Shown here piece after piece: positions 44,311 to 53,041 of a stretch of 64,000 nucleotides of DNA. Positions within the stretch are counted from its first letter, which is position 1, and every line of letters begins with the position of its first letter. Where the stretch lies: the NCBI GenBank assembly GCA_963665125.2, contig CAXXUK010000001.1:2560001-2624000 (forward strand), in the 5' to 3' direction. Under the pieces are notes generated by a model. That model made no database searches. It was given only the letters and a program-made list of their open reading frames with translations, and had not been told where the DNA came from. The stretch comes from an uncultured Desulfarculus sp. Its GTDB lineage: Bacteria > Desulfobacterota > Desulfarculia > Desulfarculales > Desulfarculaceae. The position numbers and the translations under genes are program-made.

Positions 44311-45735
44311 ATGATCGAGATCAACAACCTGACCCAACGGATCATCGACAGGGTCAACATCAACCTGCGGGAATTCGGATTCGACGCGGCTCCTTACGTC
44401 AAGGGGCTGATCAGTCCGGACAAATTCATCAAGTTTTACGCCTTTTACGGGTTGACCACCAGGCATCCGGTGCATTTCTCCTTTCTCAACAGCGCCTTGG
44501 CGGGAAGCTATTTCCTGGGCCGCTGCAACGTCGCCCACTCCATCCTGTACAAGACCGACGTCCGGGGCGACGAACTCAAACTCAAGGGCGATGCGCTCAA
44601 AGTGGGCGGCCACGCCATCCCCCTGCATGACGACGAGGAGATTTTCATCCGCGACAGCATCATGTTCAAAACCCTGGTGCACAACTTCAGCCACGACCCC
44701 GAGTCGCCGGAGGAATTTTTCATCATCAACACCACCAGCATGCCCTATGCAAATATCCATGGCGCGCCGTGCGAGGGCAGCTTTTTCGGACCCTTCGCCA
44801 CCGCCGACCTGACCACGGTCCACGACTGCGTCATCGGCGAATTTTCCTATGTGCAGACCGGCGACCTGATGCACGAAAAGGTGGACCCCGGCGTGGTCTG
44901 GGTGGCCTCGGCCGAAGGCGGATTCGATTTCCGCTACACCTATCCGCCCGAGGTGTTGTCAAAATACGTCAAGGTCAATCCGGGGTTCGAGCCCGACGGA
45001 ATCTTCACCAGGTTCATCGACCAGTACGAAGACGACTTCGAGGTGGTTTTCAACCGCACTCCGTTGGAGTCGGAACGGGAGGTTCCCGAGGGCGCGTCCA
45101 TCAGCCACTACTGCGTGATCAAGGGCGACACCCTGATGGACGAAAACGTGCTGGTGGCCCAACGCTCATTTGTAAAAGACGCCAAACTGGGCCGCGGCGC
45201 CAATGTGCAGGAAAACTGCTACATCATCAATTCCAGGCTTGACGGCTGCAACGTCACGGCCCACGGAGGCAAGATCATCAACGCCGACATGGGCCGCAAG
45301 TGTTTCGTGGGCTTCAACAGTTTCATTCGCGGCCAATATCAGTCGCCGCTTGTGGTGGGCCCGGAATGCATATTCATGCCCCACACCATCATCGACCTGG
45401 AGGAACCCCTGGAAATCCCCGGCGGAACGGCGGTCTGGGGCTACGTGCGCAACAAGGAAGACCTCCAGCAAAACAGCGTGTCCATCGAAGATCTGGCCAA
45501 AACCAAAGGCAAGGTGGTCCGGGGCAACATGGCTTTCGAAGGCAACGGAGGCTCCCTGGTCGAGGCCTTCAAACACCGCATCGACCATATCCTGGAAGCC
45601 AACGGCGCTTTTTATGACGGCGAGTCCGGCCGGGGCCACGCCCAGGACCATGAGCGGGTGTCGTTCAACATCCTCCAGCCCTTCCGCGAGGGCAAACGCG
45701 CCGGCATTTACCCCTCCATCAATATCAATCCGTAA
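44311..45735 (+). CDS. Hexapeptide-repeat (left-handed beta-helix) transferase-like protein
   Basis: Repeats such as AKLGRGANVQENCYIINSRL, TAHGGKII, CFVGFNSFI. Confidence 0.72.
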   Translation: MIEINNLTQRIIDRVNINLREFGFDAAPYVKGLISPDKFIKFYAFYGLTTRHPVHFSFLNSALAGSYFLGRCNVAHSILYKTDVRGDELKLKGDALKVGGHAIPLHDDEEIFIRDSIMFKTLVHNFSHDPESPEEFFIINTTSMPYANIHGAPCEGSFFGPFATADLTTVHDCVIGEFSYVQTGDLMHEKVDPGVVWVASAEGGFDFRYTYPPEVLSKYVKVNPGFEPDGIFTRFIDQYEDDFEVVFNRTPLESEREVPEGASISHYCVIKGDTLMDENVLVAQRSFVKDAKLGRGANVQENCYIINSRLDGCNVTAHGGKIINADMGRKCFVGFNSFIRGQYQSPLVVGPECIFMPHTIIDLEEPLEIPGGTAVWGYVRNKEDLQQNSVSIEDLAKTKGKVVRGNMAFEGNGGSLVEAFKHRIDHILEANGAFYDGESGRGHAQDHERVSFNILQPFREGKRAGIYPSININP

Positions 45736-45741
45736 CACCGG

Positions 45742-45769
45742 TGGGGAGGCCCGTCACAAGGCCTCCCCA
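45742..45769 (+). terminator. Hairpin after the four-gene SLC13 module
   Basis: tggggaggcc...ggcctcccca stem; no clear U-tract. Confidence 0.5.
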
Positions 45770-46068
45770 TTGGTCAAACCACTGCCCTTCCAGGGCGCCC
45801 AGCGACTCTTGCCCGGCCTGTTTGACCGGCTCCGGCGAGGCGCCCATCGGCCAGGCAAACCGCCGATATTGCCTGGACCGTGCGGCGACCGTGCGCAACG
45901 GCTCTATTATGTTGCCAACCATATTTGATTAAGGCTACCTTGGGTAAATTCACGGCCGACACGGGCATTCTCCATGGCGGTGATGTACTGATTGGCTTTT
46001 CCCGGCGAGCATGGCCCACCCGAAAACACTAACGAGCTTCCGCTAGGCGGATGCCGGATGGGGGCATT

Positions 46069-46401
46069 ATGAGCAGAAAAACATTAGTCGCGGTTATTTC
46101 AACGGCTCTTCTGGCGGTGGGTTGCCTGTCCGGCATGGCCTGGGCCGACTGCCCGGACAAAGTTAACTGCAAGTATCCGGCAGGTGTCACGGTCCACGAC
46201 GGCACTTATAAAACCGCCGGGACGATTGACAACATACCTACCTGCTACAAATTCAGCCACGGCTGCCGCCCCTGGCATTGTGACGGCAGATACAAAAACA
46301 CCAACCGGGAATACTGGACAAACAAGTGCAGGGAGAGGTTCTCCAATTGCTCCGCGGGAAACAACTGTACGGCCTATTTCCCAGGCGCGCCCAACCAATA
46401 A
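46069..46401 (+). CDS. Small secreted cysteine-rich protein
   Basis: Signal peptide ending AWA-D; 8 Cys in the ~85-aa mature part; terminator follows. Confidence 0.75.
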   Translation: MSRKTLVAVISTALLAVGCLSGMAWADCPDKVNCKYPAGVTVHDGTYKTAGTIDNIPTCYKFSHGCRPWHCDGRYKNTNREYWTNKCRERFSNCSAGNNCTAYFPGAPNQ

Positions 46402-46421
46402 AGCGTCGAGCCGCAATTGAC

Positions 46422-46453
46422 AAACCCGCCCCCGGCAAGGGAGCGGGTTTTTT
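46422..46453. terminator. Probable bidirectional terminator between convergent genes
   Basis: aaacccgc...gcgggttttt. Confidence 0.7.
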
Positions 46454-46466
46454 AAATACGGCGGGG

Positions 46467-47255
46467 CTACTTGCCTTCCGCCAGGGCGCTCAGCAGCTCT
46501 TGCTCGGCCTGTTTGAACAGCTCCAGCGTGGCGGCATCGGCTTTGCCGTCCGCCTCGCGCTGGGCGAACGCCTGGGCCGCGGCCTGGACCAGGCCTTGCT
46601 TTGCCCGTCCCAAGGCCGCCAGCAGGTTTGCCGTTTGGGGGTCGTCGGCCAAGCCCGCATCGGTGGCGGCCGTCTGCAACTGCGGTCCGATGGCGTCCAG
46701 CCCGGCCATGGCGTCTTTGAAAACCTGTTTTTGATCCGCCGGGCCGCCCGATGCATAATACAAACCGCTGATTCCGGCTATGGTCAGGTGCATCTGGTAT
46801 TCCATGAGGTCGACCAGTAGATCGCCTTGGGCCACTGCATCCTGGGGCTGCTGGTCCGAGGCCTCCTGGCCGTCGACAGCCTCCTGCATGGCATTGTCCA
46901 ATTTATCTGAGGCGTCCTGGAAGGCCCTGGCCTGGAGTCCCAGATCGGCATCGTTGTCCACGTATCCGTTGAACATCTTTTTAGCCGCCCGGCCCACCTC
47001 TTCCCGGCGTTTTTTCAGCACCGCGGCCATATGGCGGTCGCCTTTTTTGCTGAACTCCGCGATGGCCTGATCAACCTCCTTCATTTTTTCCAGGTATTTG
47101 TCCCGCGAGCCGGAATCCCCGGTGTAGACATAGGCCAAGGCGTCCTCGCTGGCGTCCAGAAGCAACTGATTGGCCTGGTCCATGGTGGTGGCCCAGGCTG
47201 AAGCGACGGCAAGCAACAAGCACAGCGCCGCGATCGTGCGGACTACGGTCTTCAT
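46467..47255 (-). CDS. Secreted/periplasmic all-helical hypothetical protein with internal duplication
   Basis: Signal peptide (AWA-T); GGAGG RBS; two similar amphipathic helical halves. Confidence 0.75.
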   Translation of the reverse strand: MKTVVRTIAALCLLLAVASAWATTMDQANQLLLDASEDALAYVYTGDSGSRDKYLEKMKEVDQAIAEFSKKGDRHMAAVLKKRREEVGRAAKKMFNGYVDNDADLGLQARAFQDASDKLDNAMQEAVDGQEASDQQPQDAVAQGDLLVDLMEYQMHLTIAGISGLYYASGGPADQKQVFKDAMAGLDAIGPQLQTAATDAGLADDPQTANLLAALGRAKQGLVQAAAQAFAQREADGKADAATLELFKQAEQELLSALAEGK

Positions 47256-47366
47256 TGGCGGCCTCCCAAGGCCCGAGTGTTATTAGTGACAGCCCCGGAC
47301 AACCCATAGGCAGGCTGCCGGGGTGCATGCATGTCTTGATTTTAAATCACGGCCGTCGAGGCGGGT

Positions 47367-47400
47367 AAAAAAAAGAAAGGACACCGGGCGGTGTCCTTTC
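47367..47400 (-). terminator. Intrinsic terminator after glutamate synthase-like gene
   Basis: gaaaggacacc-gggc-ggtgtcctttc with adjacent A-run on + strand. Confidence 0.85.
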
Positions 47401-47493
47401 CAGAGGCGAAACGTCAGCGGATTCGCTCGATGGGATGGGTACGTCCGGAGCCGGTGGCGGCCGGCCCCGGACGGTAGGAATGCAGTCTTTTAC

Positions 47494-49104
47494 TTAGCCC
47501 ACGGCCACCTTGGTCCAGTCCTTGCCGTCGATAACGGCCAGGGCCTCTTCACGGTAGGCGTCCATGACATAGGGCAGGCCGGTGACCTTGGAGGCCTGCT
47601 CGGTGAGGCAGCACAGGTCCTTGCGGGTGATCAGGTCAGTGCGCCACTTGCGGGCGCCGGCCATCAACTGCTGCAGGCCGACCCGGAGCTTCTCGCCGGC
47701 GCTGTAGATGCCGATGGCGCCCAGGGGGATATTGCTGATCTCGGAGCCGAACTTGCCCTTGAGGTCTTCGTAGCTCACGAAAATCTCTTCCCTGGTCGTG
47801 CCGTACTTGCTCACGGTGCTGGGCAGGCCGCCGTCCTCACCATTGAGCCACTTGTCGATGTTCTTGCCGACCATGCCGGGGATCATCAAAGCGCGGCCCA
47901 TGCAAACGGACTTGCAGAACGGGGCGCCCAGAGCCAGGGCCTTGAAGATGTGGTCTTCGGAGGAGAAACCGCCGGCGAAGGCGATGTCGGGCACCCACTC
48001 GCCGTTGTCGGCCAGGCGCTTGCACAGTTCGTAGGTCATGGAGTGCAGGTACAGCGCGGGAATGCCCCACTCCTCCATCATCCGCCAGGGGCTCATGCCG
48101 GTGCCGCCGGGGGCGCCGTCGATGGTCAGCAGGTCGATCTTGGCCTGGGAGGCCCACTTGATGCTCATGGCCAGTTCGCGCATGGGGTATGCGCCGGTTT
48201 TGAGGGTTACGCGCTTGGCGCCCAGGTTGCGCAGTCGCTCGACTTCCTTCATGAAGCCTTCTTCGTCAACAAAGCCCAAACGGCTGTGACGCTCGAATTC
48301 CTTGATGGCGCCGGCCTTGAAGGCCGCCTGCATGGCCGGATTGTCCGGGTCGGGGGTGACGATGTAGCCGCGGCGCTTGAGTTCCTGGGCCCGCTCGATG
48401 CTGCTGACCTTGATCTCGCCGCCGATGCACTTGGCACCCTGGCCCCACTTGAGCTCGATGGTTTCCACACCCAGCTTGTCGACAACGTATTCGGCAACGC
48501 CCAGGCGGGTGTCTTCAACGTTCATCTGCACCAGGATGTCGCCGTAGCCTTCATGATAGCGGCGGTACAGTTCCACGCGGCGCTCCATGTCGGGGGCTTT
48601 TTTCACCTTGCCGTTGTTGTCGAACTCCAGAGCCGGGTCGATGCCGCAGACGTTCTCGCCGCAGACCAGGCTGATGCCGGTGATGGCCGCGCCGATGGCG
48701 AAGTGTTCCCAGTTTTTGCGGGCGATCTCGGTGGAGCCCAGCGCGCCGGTGAACATGGGGATCTTCTGCTTTACCTTGTCGGTGACGCCGAAAGAGCACT
48801 CGGTGCTCACCGTGGGGAACGTGGCGTGGTCCGGGTCGGCCTGGGTGCCTTCGGCGCCGAGGGCGTAGCCCATGATCTGCAGGTGGCTGTAGTCTTCCGG
48901 GTAATCCTTGTCGGCGCCGGCGGTGACATCGCCGAACGGGCCGGGGTACAGCAGCTCACGACCGCGGAAGGTGGCCTGAAAGAGGTCACAGTTACCCTTG
49001 CAGCCGTCAACGCAACGGGTGCAAAGGCCGGACTGGGGGGCGACGCTGCGGGAGCGGTTTTTACTCTGCAGGGCTTCATTGGAATTGGGACGGTTCAAGT
49101 TCAT
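47494..49104 (-). CDS. Stand-alone FMN-binding glutamate synthase family protein
   Basis: IELKWGQGAK..GG, TIDGA.GGTG, WGIP, KALALGA, MGRA; N-terminal CTRCVDGCKGNC cluster. Confidence 0.9.
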   Translation of the reverse strand: MNLNRPNSNEALQSKNRSRSVAPQSGLCTRCVDGCKGNCDLFQATFRGRELLYPGPFGDVTAGADKDYPEDYSHLQIMGYALGAEGTQADPDHATFPTVSTECSFGVTDKVKQKIPMFTGALGSTEIARKNWEHFAIGAAITGISLVCGENVCGIDPALEFDNNGKVKKAPDMERRVELYRRYHEGYGDILVQMNVEDTRLGVAEYVVDKLGVETIELKWGQGAKCIGGEIKVSSIERAQELKRRGYIVTPDPDNPAMQAAFKAGAIKEFERHSRLGFVDEEGFMKEVERLRNLGAKRVTLKTGAYPMRELAMSIKWASQAKIDLLTIDGAPGGTGMSPWRMMEEWGIPALYLHSMTYELCKRLADNGEWVPDIAFAGGFSSEDHIFKALALGAPFCKSVCMGRALMIPGMVGKNIDKWLNGEDGGLPSTVSKYGTTREEIFVSYEDLKGKFGSEISNIPLGAIGIYSAGEKLRVGLQQLMAGARKWRTDLITRKDLCCLTEQASKVTGLPYVMDAYREEALAVIDGKDWTKVAVG

Positions 49105-49418
49105 TAGTATCTCCTAGCTTATGCGGCAAAACTGCCGTGTTTGCTATGAGGCTGCACTGTTTTTCGACACATGCTGCCTACTTCATTTAAACTTAAATGC
49201 AACGATTGTCATAATTTCTAATAAATGATCTGGTTTTGTCAATATTAAATTAGCTGTTATTAATTTAATAACCTGCTGCAATTACGACTAATTTTTCATT
49301 TTACCCGGCAATATAGGTTTTTATATAGTTACAATATTAGTAGACATTATTCGCTTTATTACGGCATTTTTGCCGTATTTATCGGCTATTTTATGCCTTT
49401 TGCCGTCACAAAGTAAAT

Positions 49419-49465
49419 TATGCAAAATTGCACTTTATTAGCTAAATATAGTGCAATTTTGCATA
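49419..49465. promoter_or_regulatory. 16-bp perfect inverted repeat, candidate operator
   Basis: TATGCAAAATTGCACT-15 nt-AGTGCAATTTTGCATA in AT-rich region upstream of the glutamate synthase gene. Confidence 0.55.
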
Positions 49466-49563
49466 TAGTAACTATTTCATTGGTACAAGCTAACTATCTT
49501 GACTATCGGTATGCCTAACAGGAGGGATAACAAACTAAGCGTTTGAGGTGATTATGCAAAATT

Positions 49564-49592
49564 AAAAACCGAGGCTTTCGGTTAGCCTCGGT
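49564..49592 (-). terminator. Intrinsic terminator after XRE regulator
   Basis: accgaggct...agcctcggt with adjacent A-run on + strand. Confidence 0.7.
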
Positions 49593-49622
49593 AATTTTTT
49601 GGCGATCTATTCTTAGTTAAAC

Positions 49623-50921
49623 TTATTTGATTTTCAGCCAAAGCAGCCTGGCCGGGGTGCGGCCTGGGTTGTGCCAATTGGTGGGCATTTCCGAGCTGAG
49701 GTAGATCACGTCTCCGGCCCTGGCGTTGTGCACCGCCTTTTTGATCTTCATTTGCAAGCGTCCGGCCAGGACATAACCGACCTCCTCGCCCTTGTGCATG
49801 AAAAAGTGCGAAGGCAGGCTGGTCTTGGGCGGCACATCAATGATATACGGCTCGGCCTTGCGGTCCAGATCCATGGGCGTCAACAGACGCGCGGAAAGGG
49901 CCCCGGCCGGCAGATCGCCCAGCTTGACCTCCACGGCGTCATCGGCGCTGAAGACCAGGCGCTGTCGCTCCTCGGCGCTTTCATAAAAGAACGAACTTAT
50001 ATCCACGCTTAAAACGTCGGCCATCTTGATCAAAGCCGGCAGCGACGGATAAATATGGTTGCTCTCAACCTGGCTGATGGTGCTGGGAGTTACGCCCACA
50101 AGCTTGGCCAGGTCCGTCTGGCTGAGGCCCTTTTTGGCGCGCAGTTCCTTGAGACGCTTGCCCAGGTCGAAACGGCCCGTGGCCCGTCGCTGGGCATCAA
50201 AGCTGACGGAATTGCCCTTGGTCCAATAATTGAGCGGTTTATGCAGCGAATCGGGCGTGCGGTTTTCGGCCTTGACCACCGTGAGGCTCGTGGTTCCGCG
50301 TTTGATGGACAGTTCCAGCACCACCTGGGCGATCTGGGTGATGGCCGCCTTGAGCCGCTGGGAATGGGCGCCCTTTTCCATGATCCAATAGGCGATGGTG
50401 TTGAGTTCATACAGCCGGGGGCAGGCGTGGCTGTAAAAATTGATCATGGCGTCCTCGCCGCCCCAAAGCTCCTGCATGCCGGTGATGCTTTCCATGACGA
50501 AACGCACATCGCCGGTGAGGCCGCTTTGCAGATCAAAAAGCCTATCGGCCACCTCGGCCGGATCAGTGGGGTCATCCACCAAGACCACGTCCACCGATTG
50601 GTGATGTTCATTGTCTTCATAAAATTTCATGAACACGTCGGAGCCGTCGCCCATGCCGTTGGTGAAGCAGTCCAGAATCGTCATTTCAGGGTATTCGGCC
50701 AGGGGCCCCAGTTTCTCCAGCAGGTTCTTGGGGGAGCGGTCAAAGGTCACGTATATAAGGGGCCGTTCCTGGGATTGGCTGGCCATAATGAAGTTGTTGC
50801 AAAAAACCGTGGCCAACGATCCGGCGTCGTCCAGCCAGACAACATTGTCGCCAATTAACAGGCCTCCCAACACATGGTCCAGCTCCCCTACCCCGCTGGC
50901 AACCCTGATCGGTTCAGACAT
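49623..50921 (-). CDS. Regulator: KaiC/RecA-like N-domain (no Walker A) + XRE HTH + cupin
   Basis: SGV.ELD.VLGG start; LG.RLKELR..KGLSQ.DLA...GV..STISQ.E..PSL; H.GEE.GYVL.G cupin. Confidence 0.85.
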   Translation of the reverse strand: MSEPIRVASGVGELDHVLGGLLIGDNVVWLDDAGSLATVFCNNFIMASQSQERPLIYVTFDRSPKNLLEKLGPLAEYPEMTILDCFTNGMGDGSDVFMKFYEDNEHHQSVDVVLVDDPTDPAEVADRLFDLQSGLTGDVRFVMESITGMQELWGGEDAMINFYSHACPRLYELNTIAYWIMEKGAHSQRLKAAITQIAQVVLELSIKRGTTSLTVVKAENRTPDSLHKPLNYWTKGNSVSFDAQRRATGRFDLGKRLKELRAKKGLSQTDLAKLVGVTPSTISQVESNHIYPSLPALIKMADVLSVDISSFFYESAEERQRLVFSADDAVEVKLGDLPAGALSARLLTPMDLDRKAEPYIIDVPPKTSLPSHFFMHKGEEVGYVLAGRLQMKIKKAVHNARAGDVIYLSSEMPTNWHNPGRTPARLLWLKIK

Positions 50922-51060
50922 GGTGCTTACTCCTTACAATAAAACCGAAGATTATAATTCTTCACCAGATCAGCTCATAACGAAAACCCCTTAAATATAA
51001 ACAGAATGCCAAGAAAACACTACACGGCGGCAAGTGTTTTTTTACATATACTGCAAATTT

Positions 51061-51522
51061 TTATGGCTTGGGTTTTTCCAAGTAGACTCTGCCCATGCCG
51101 TAAATCAGGGTATTGGGAGCATTTTCAATGGCAAATTTCAGTTCCGGCGTCAAGGGGCTGAGGCTGGTGATGTTTCCTCCGGGCATGTCGATGGTCACAT
51201 AAACTCTGTGGCCCGGCACTGGCTGGTAATAAATTTCGCCGCCCATCATCATTTTTTGCCAGGAGTCATCGAAAGTGGCGCAGCGGCCGCTGAAGGCCTC
51301 TCCCCCGTCAACAGGCCGGAAAGTGACCACGAGCCTGCTCAGATACTCACTGGACGACTCCAGAACAACCTGCTGAATGACGGCCATGACCTTGACCTGG
51401 GAGTTCTGGATGCGCTCCTTGTACACATAAGGCGGCAACACGGCCCAGGCCGTTGCCGCGGTTAGAATCATGGCCAAAGCGGCAACGGCCGCCAGGCGCT
51501 TGGGTCTGACATGAATCCGCAT
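51061..51522 (-). CDS. Secreted hypothetical protein
   Basis: GGAGGAG RBS, signal peptide ending AWA-V, beta-rich mature part. Confidence 0.65.
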   Translation of the reverse strand: MRIHVRPKRLAAVAALAMILTAATAWAVLPPYVYKERIQNSQVKVMAVIQQVVLESSSEYLSRLVVTFRPVDGGEAFSGRCATFDDSWQKMMMGGEIYYQPVPGHRVYVTIDMPGGNITSLSPLTPELKFAIENAPNTLIYGMGRVYLEKPKP

Positions 51523-51591
51523 TTTCTCCTCCATGCATGTCAATTTTCAACAGTATGCATCCTCAAACAAATACCGCGCAAACTGAAACAT

Positions 51592-51638
51592 TACGGCCTC
51601 ACTCCACATAGACATAGTCTATGTGGAGTGAGGCCGTA
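51592..51638. repeat. Perfect 22-bp inverted repeat with 3-nt loop
   Basis: TACGGCCTCACTCCACATAGAC-ata-GTCTATGTGGAGTGAGGCCGTA. Confidence 0.9.
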
Positions 51639-51644
51639 TCTGGT

Positions 51645-51782
51645 TTCTTTGGAAGGGGGTTTGGGGGAAACCTTGCGCAATTCTTGCGCCCCCAAAGCGG
51701 GGGCACAACGTCTTGCACCAAAATACAAATACGGCCCCGAACCGGCGCAGCTCACCTACTGGGGCAAGAAAGGTTTCCCCCA
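51645..51782. repeat. REP/MITE-like palindromic element, copy A
   Basis: ttctttggaaggggg leader, then tgggggaaacctt ... aaggtttccccca arms around a 95-nt interior; homologous to 55386-55443. Confidence 0.7.
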
Positions 51783-51786
51783 GCTC

Positions 51787-52632
51787 TCACTGCTTAGCCA
51801 AAAACTCGTTGAAGTAGTCCTCAAAGGAGCCGACGTCCCTGCCGTCGCGTTTGGCCTGGTTGTACTGCATCGATGCCTTCCAATAGAGGTTGGCCATTTG
51901 ATAGAAGAACTGGTTGTCTTCAAAGAAGGGGACTGCGGCGGCCTGCTCGGTGGCTTTGGACACGTAGCCCTGGGTCGCCAGCTCCGCGCCAGCCTTTTTG
52001 ATGGCGTCCATGGCGGCCTGGTAGGGCTGCTCAAAAAAGGCGCGGTTGGACATGGCCTCGGCAGCGGGGCGCAGGACCTCGCCCACCAGCATGGCAGAGC
52101 CTCCGCCAAAGGTGCGGCGGAATGTGCCCAAAAGCGGCTCGAAGTGGTCGACCTCGGGGAAGCCGCAGACGCTCAACAGCACCACCCGGCAGTTTCCCTC
52201 GTAACGGCTGGGGTGGCTGGTCAGACCCGTTTTTTTATCCTCGACCAAAAACGGCTGGGCCATGGGCAGCATGCGGTCCAGGAAGTTCTTGGCCAGGCCG
52301 GGCAGGGAAAAATAGTACAGGGGCAGGGCGAAGATCAACGCGTCGCAGGCCTTGACCTTTTCCAGCAGCTCCGGCATATCGTCGCCCTTGTGGATACACA
52401 CGCCGGGCGTGTTTTCCCAGCAGGTAAAGCAGCCCACGCAGTGCTTGATTTTTTTGTCCTTTAGATAGACTTTTTCGCTTTTGAGGCCACCGCTTTCCAT
52501 GCCCTGGACAAAGTAGTCGAGACAATGGTCGGTCCAACCTTTTGGGCCCCTGGGGCTGCCCTGGATTATCAGCGCGCTTTGGGGCGGCCGCCATCCCCCG
52601 GTGGCCTGCCTGCGGATCTCGTCACGGCCCAT
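51787..52632 (-). CDS. Iron-sulfur flavoprotein / NADPH-dependent FMN reductase (flavodoxin family)
   Basis: GSPR, CVGCFTCW.....C.H..DDM, P.Y, KNFLDR; AGGAGG RBS before ATG 52632. Confidence 0.88.
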   Translation of the reverse strand: MGRDEIRRQATGGWRPPQSALIIQGSPRGPKGWTDHCLDYFVQGMESGGLKSEKVYLKDKKIKHCVGCFTCWENTPGVCIHKGDDMPELLEKVKACDALIFALPLYYFSLPGLAKNFLDRMLPMAQPFLVEDKKTGLTSHPSRYEGNCRVVLLSVCGFPEVDHFEPLLGTFRRTFGGGSAMLVGEVLRPAAEAMSNRAFFEQPYQAAMDAIKKAGAELATQGYVSKATEQAAAVPFFEDNQFFYQMANLYWKASMQYNQAKRDGRDVGSFEDYFNEFLAKQ

Positions 52633-52932
52633 GAGGCCCTCCTTTTCTGAAACAACGCTCAAGATAACACCAACACACCCACTCTATATTTTCCGCTTGG
52701 GTGGGGTCAAGGCTTCCATATGTTGTGCTTTTGATACAAAAGAGAACGTTTATGATAAATATTATTAAAAAATTTTTTCTTAATTTTCCCTCCCCAATCC
52801 GAATTATTTCACAGCCGCCGACAACACTGCCGCCTTTATTTATCGAGCATTTGACACACCTACGTATTTTGGCAACAGGTGTGGCGTATTGTGGAAGCCC
52901 TCCCGACCGCGCCCCTGGTTTCATTTTTGCCC

Positions 52933-52994
52933 TTGACGTAATTTCGCCACAAAATGTAGTATGTCTTTCCAGTGAAGGACACAACATGAAGCAT
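52933..52994 (+). promoter_or_regulatory. nrdD promoter with two tandem NrdR boxes
   Basis: TTGACG-18 nt-TAGTAT; boxes ccACAAAATGTAGtat (52947-52962) and acACAACATGAAGcat (52979-52994), 32 bp apart. Confidence 0.65.
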
Positions 52995-53041
52995 ATGGCT
53001 TTTGCCAATCAAATAAAACAGTTTGGACTCGGGAGTAAGCG

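Noticed and set aside
45770..46060. c-di-GMP-I riboswitch (ggcaaacc) upstream of the Cys-rich gene
   Set aside because: Lacks the GAAA-tetraloop stem and the following GCAAAG/receptor elements
49430..49455. NtrC site / sigma54 promoter for glutamate synthase
   Set aside because: TGCAC...GTGCA spacing (17 nt) is too long, and the only GG-N10-GC noticed is too close to the RBS
51787..51789. Sec readthrough at the flavodoxin-family TGA stop
   Set aside because: The protein looks complete, there is no redox motif context, and the downstream stem belongs to the repeat element
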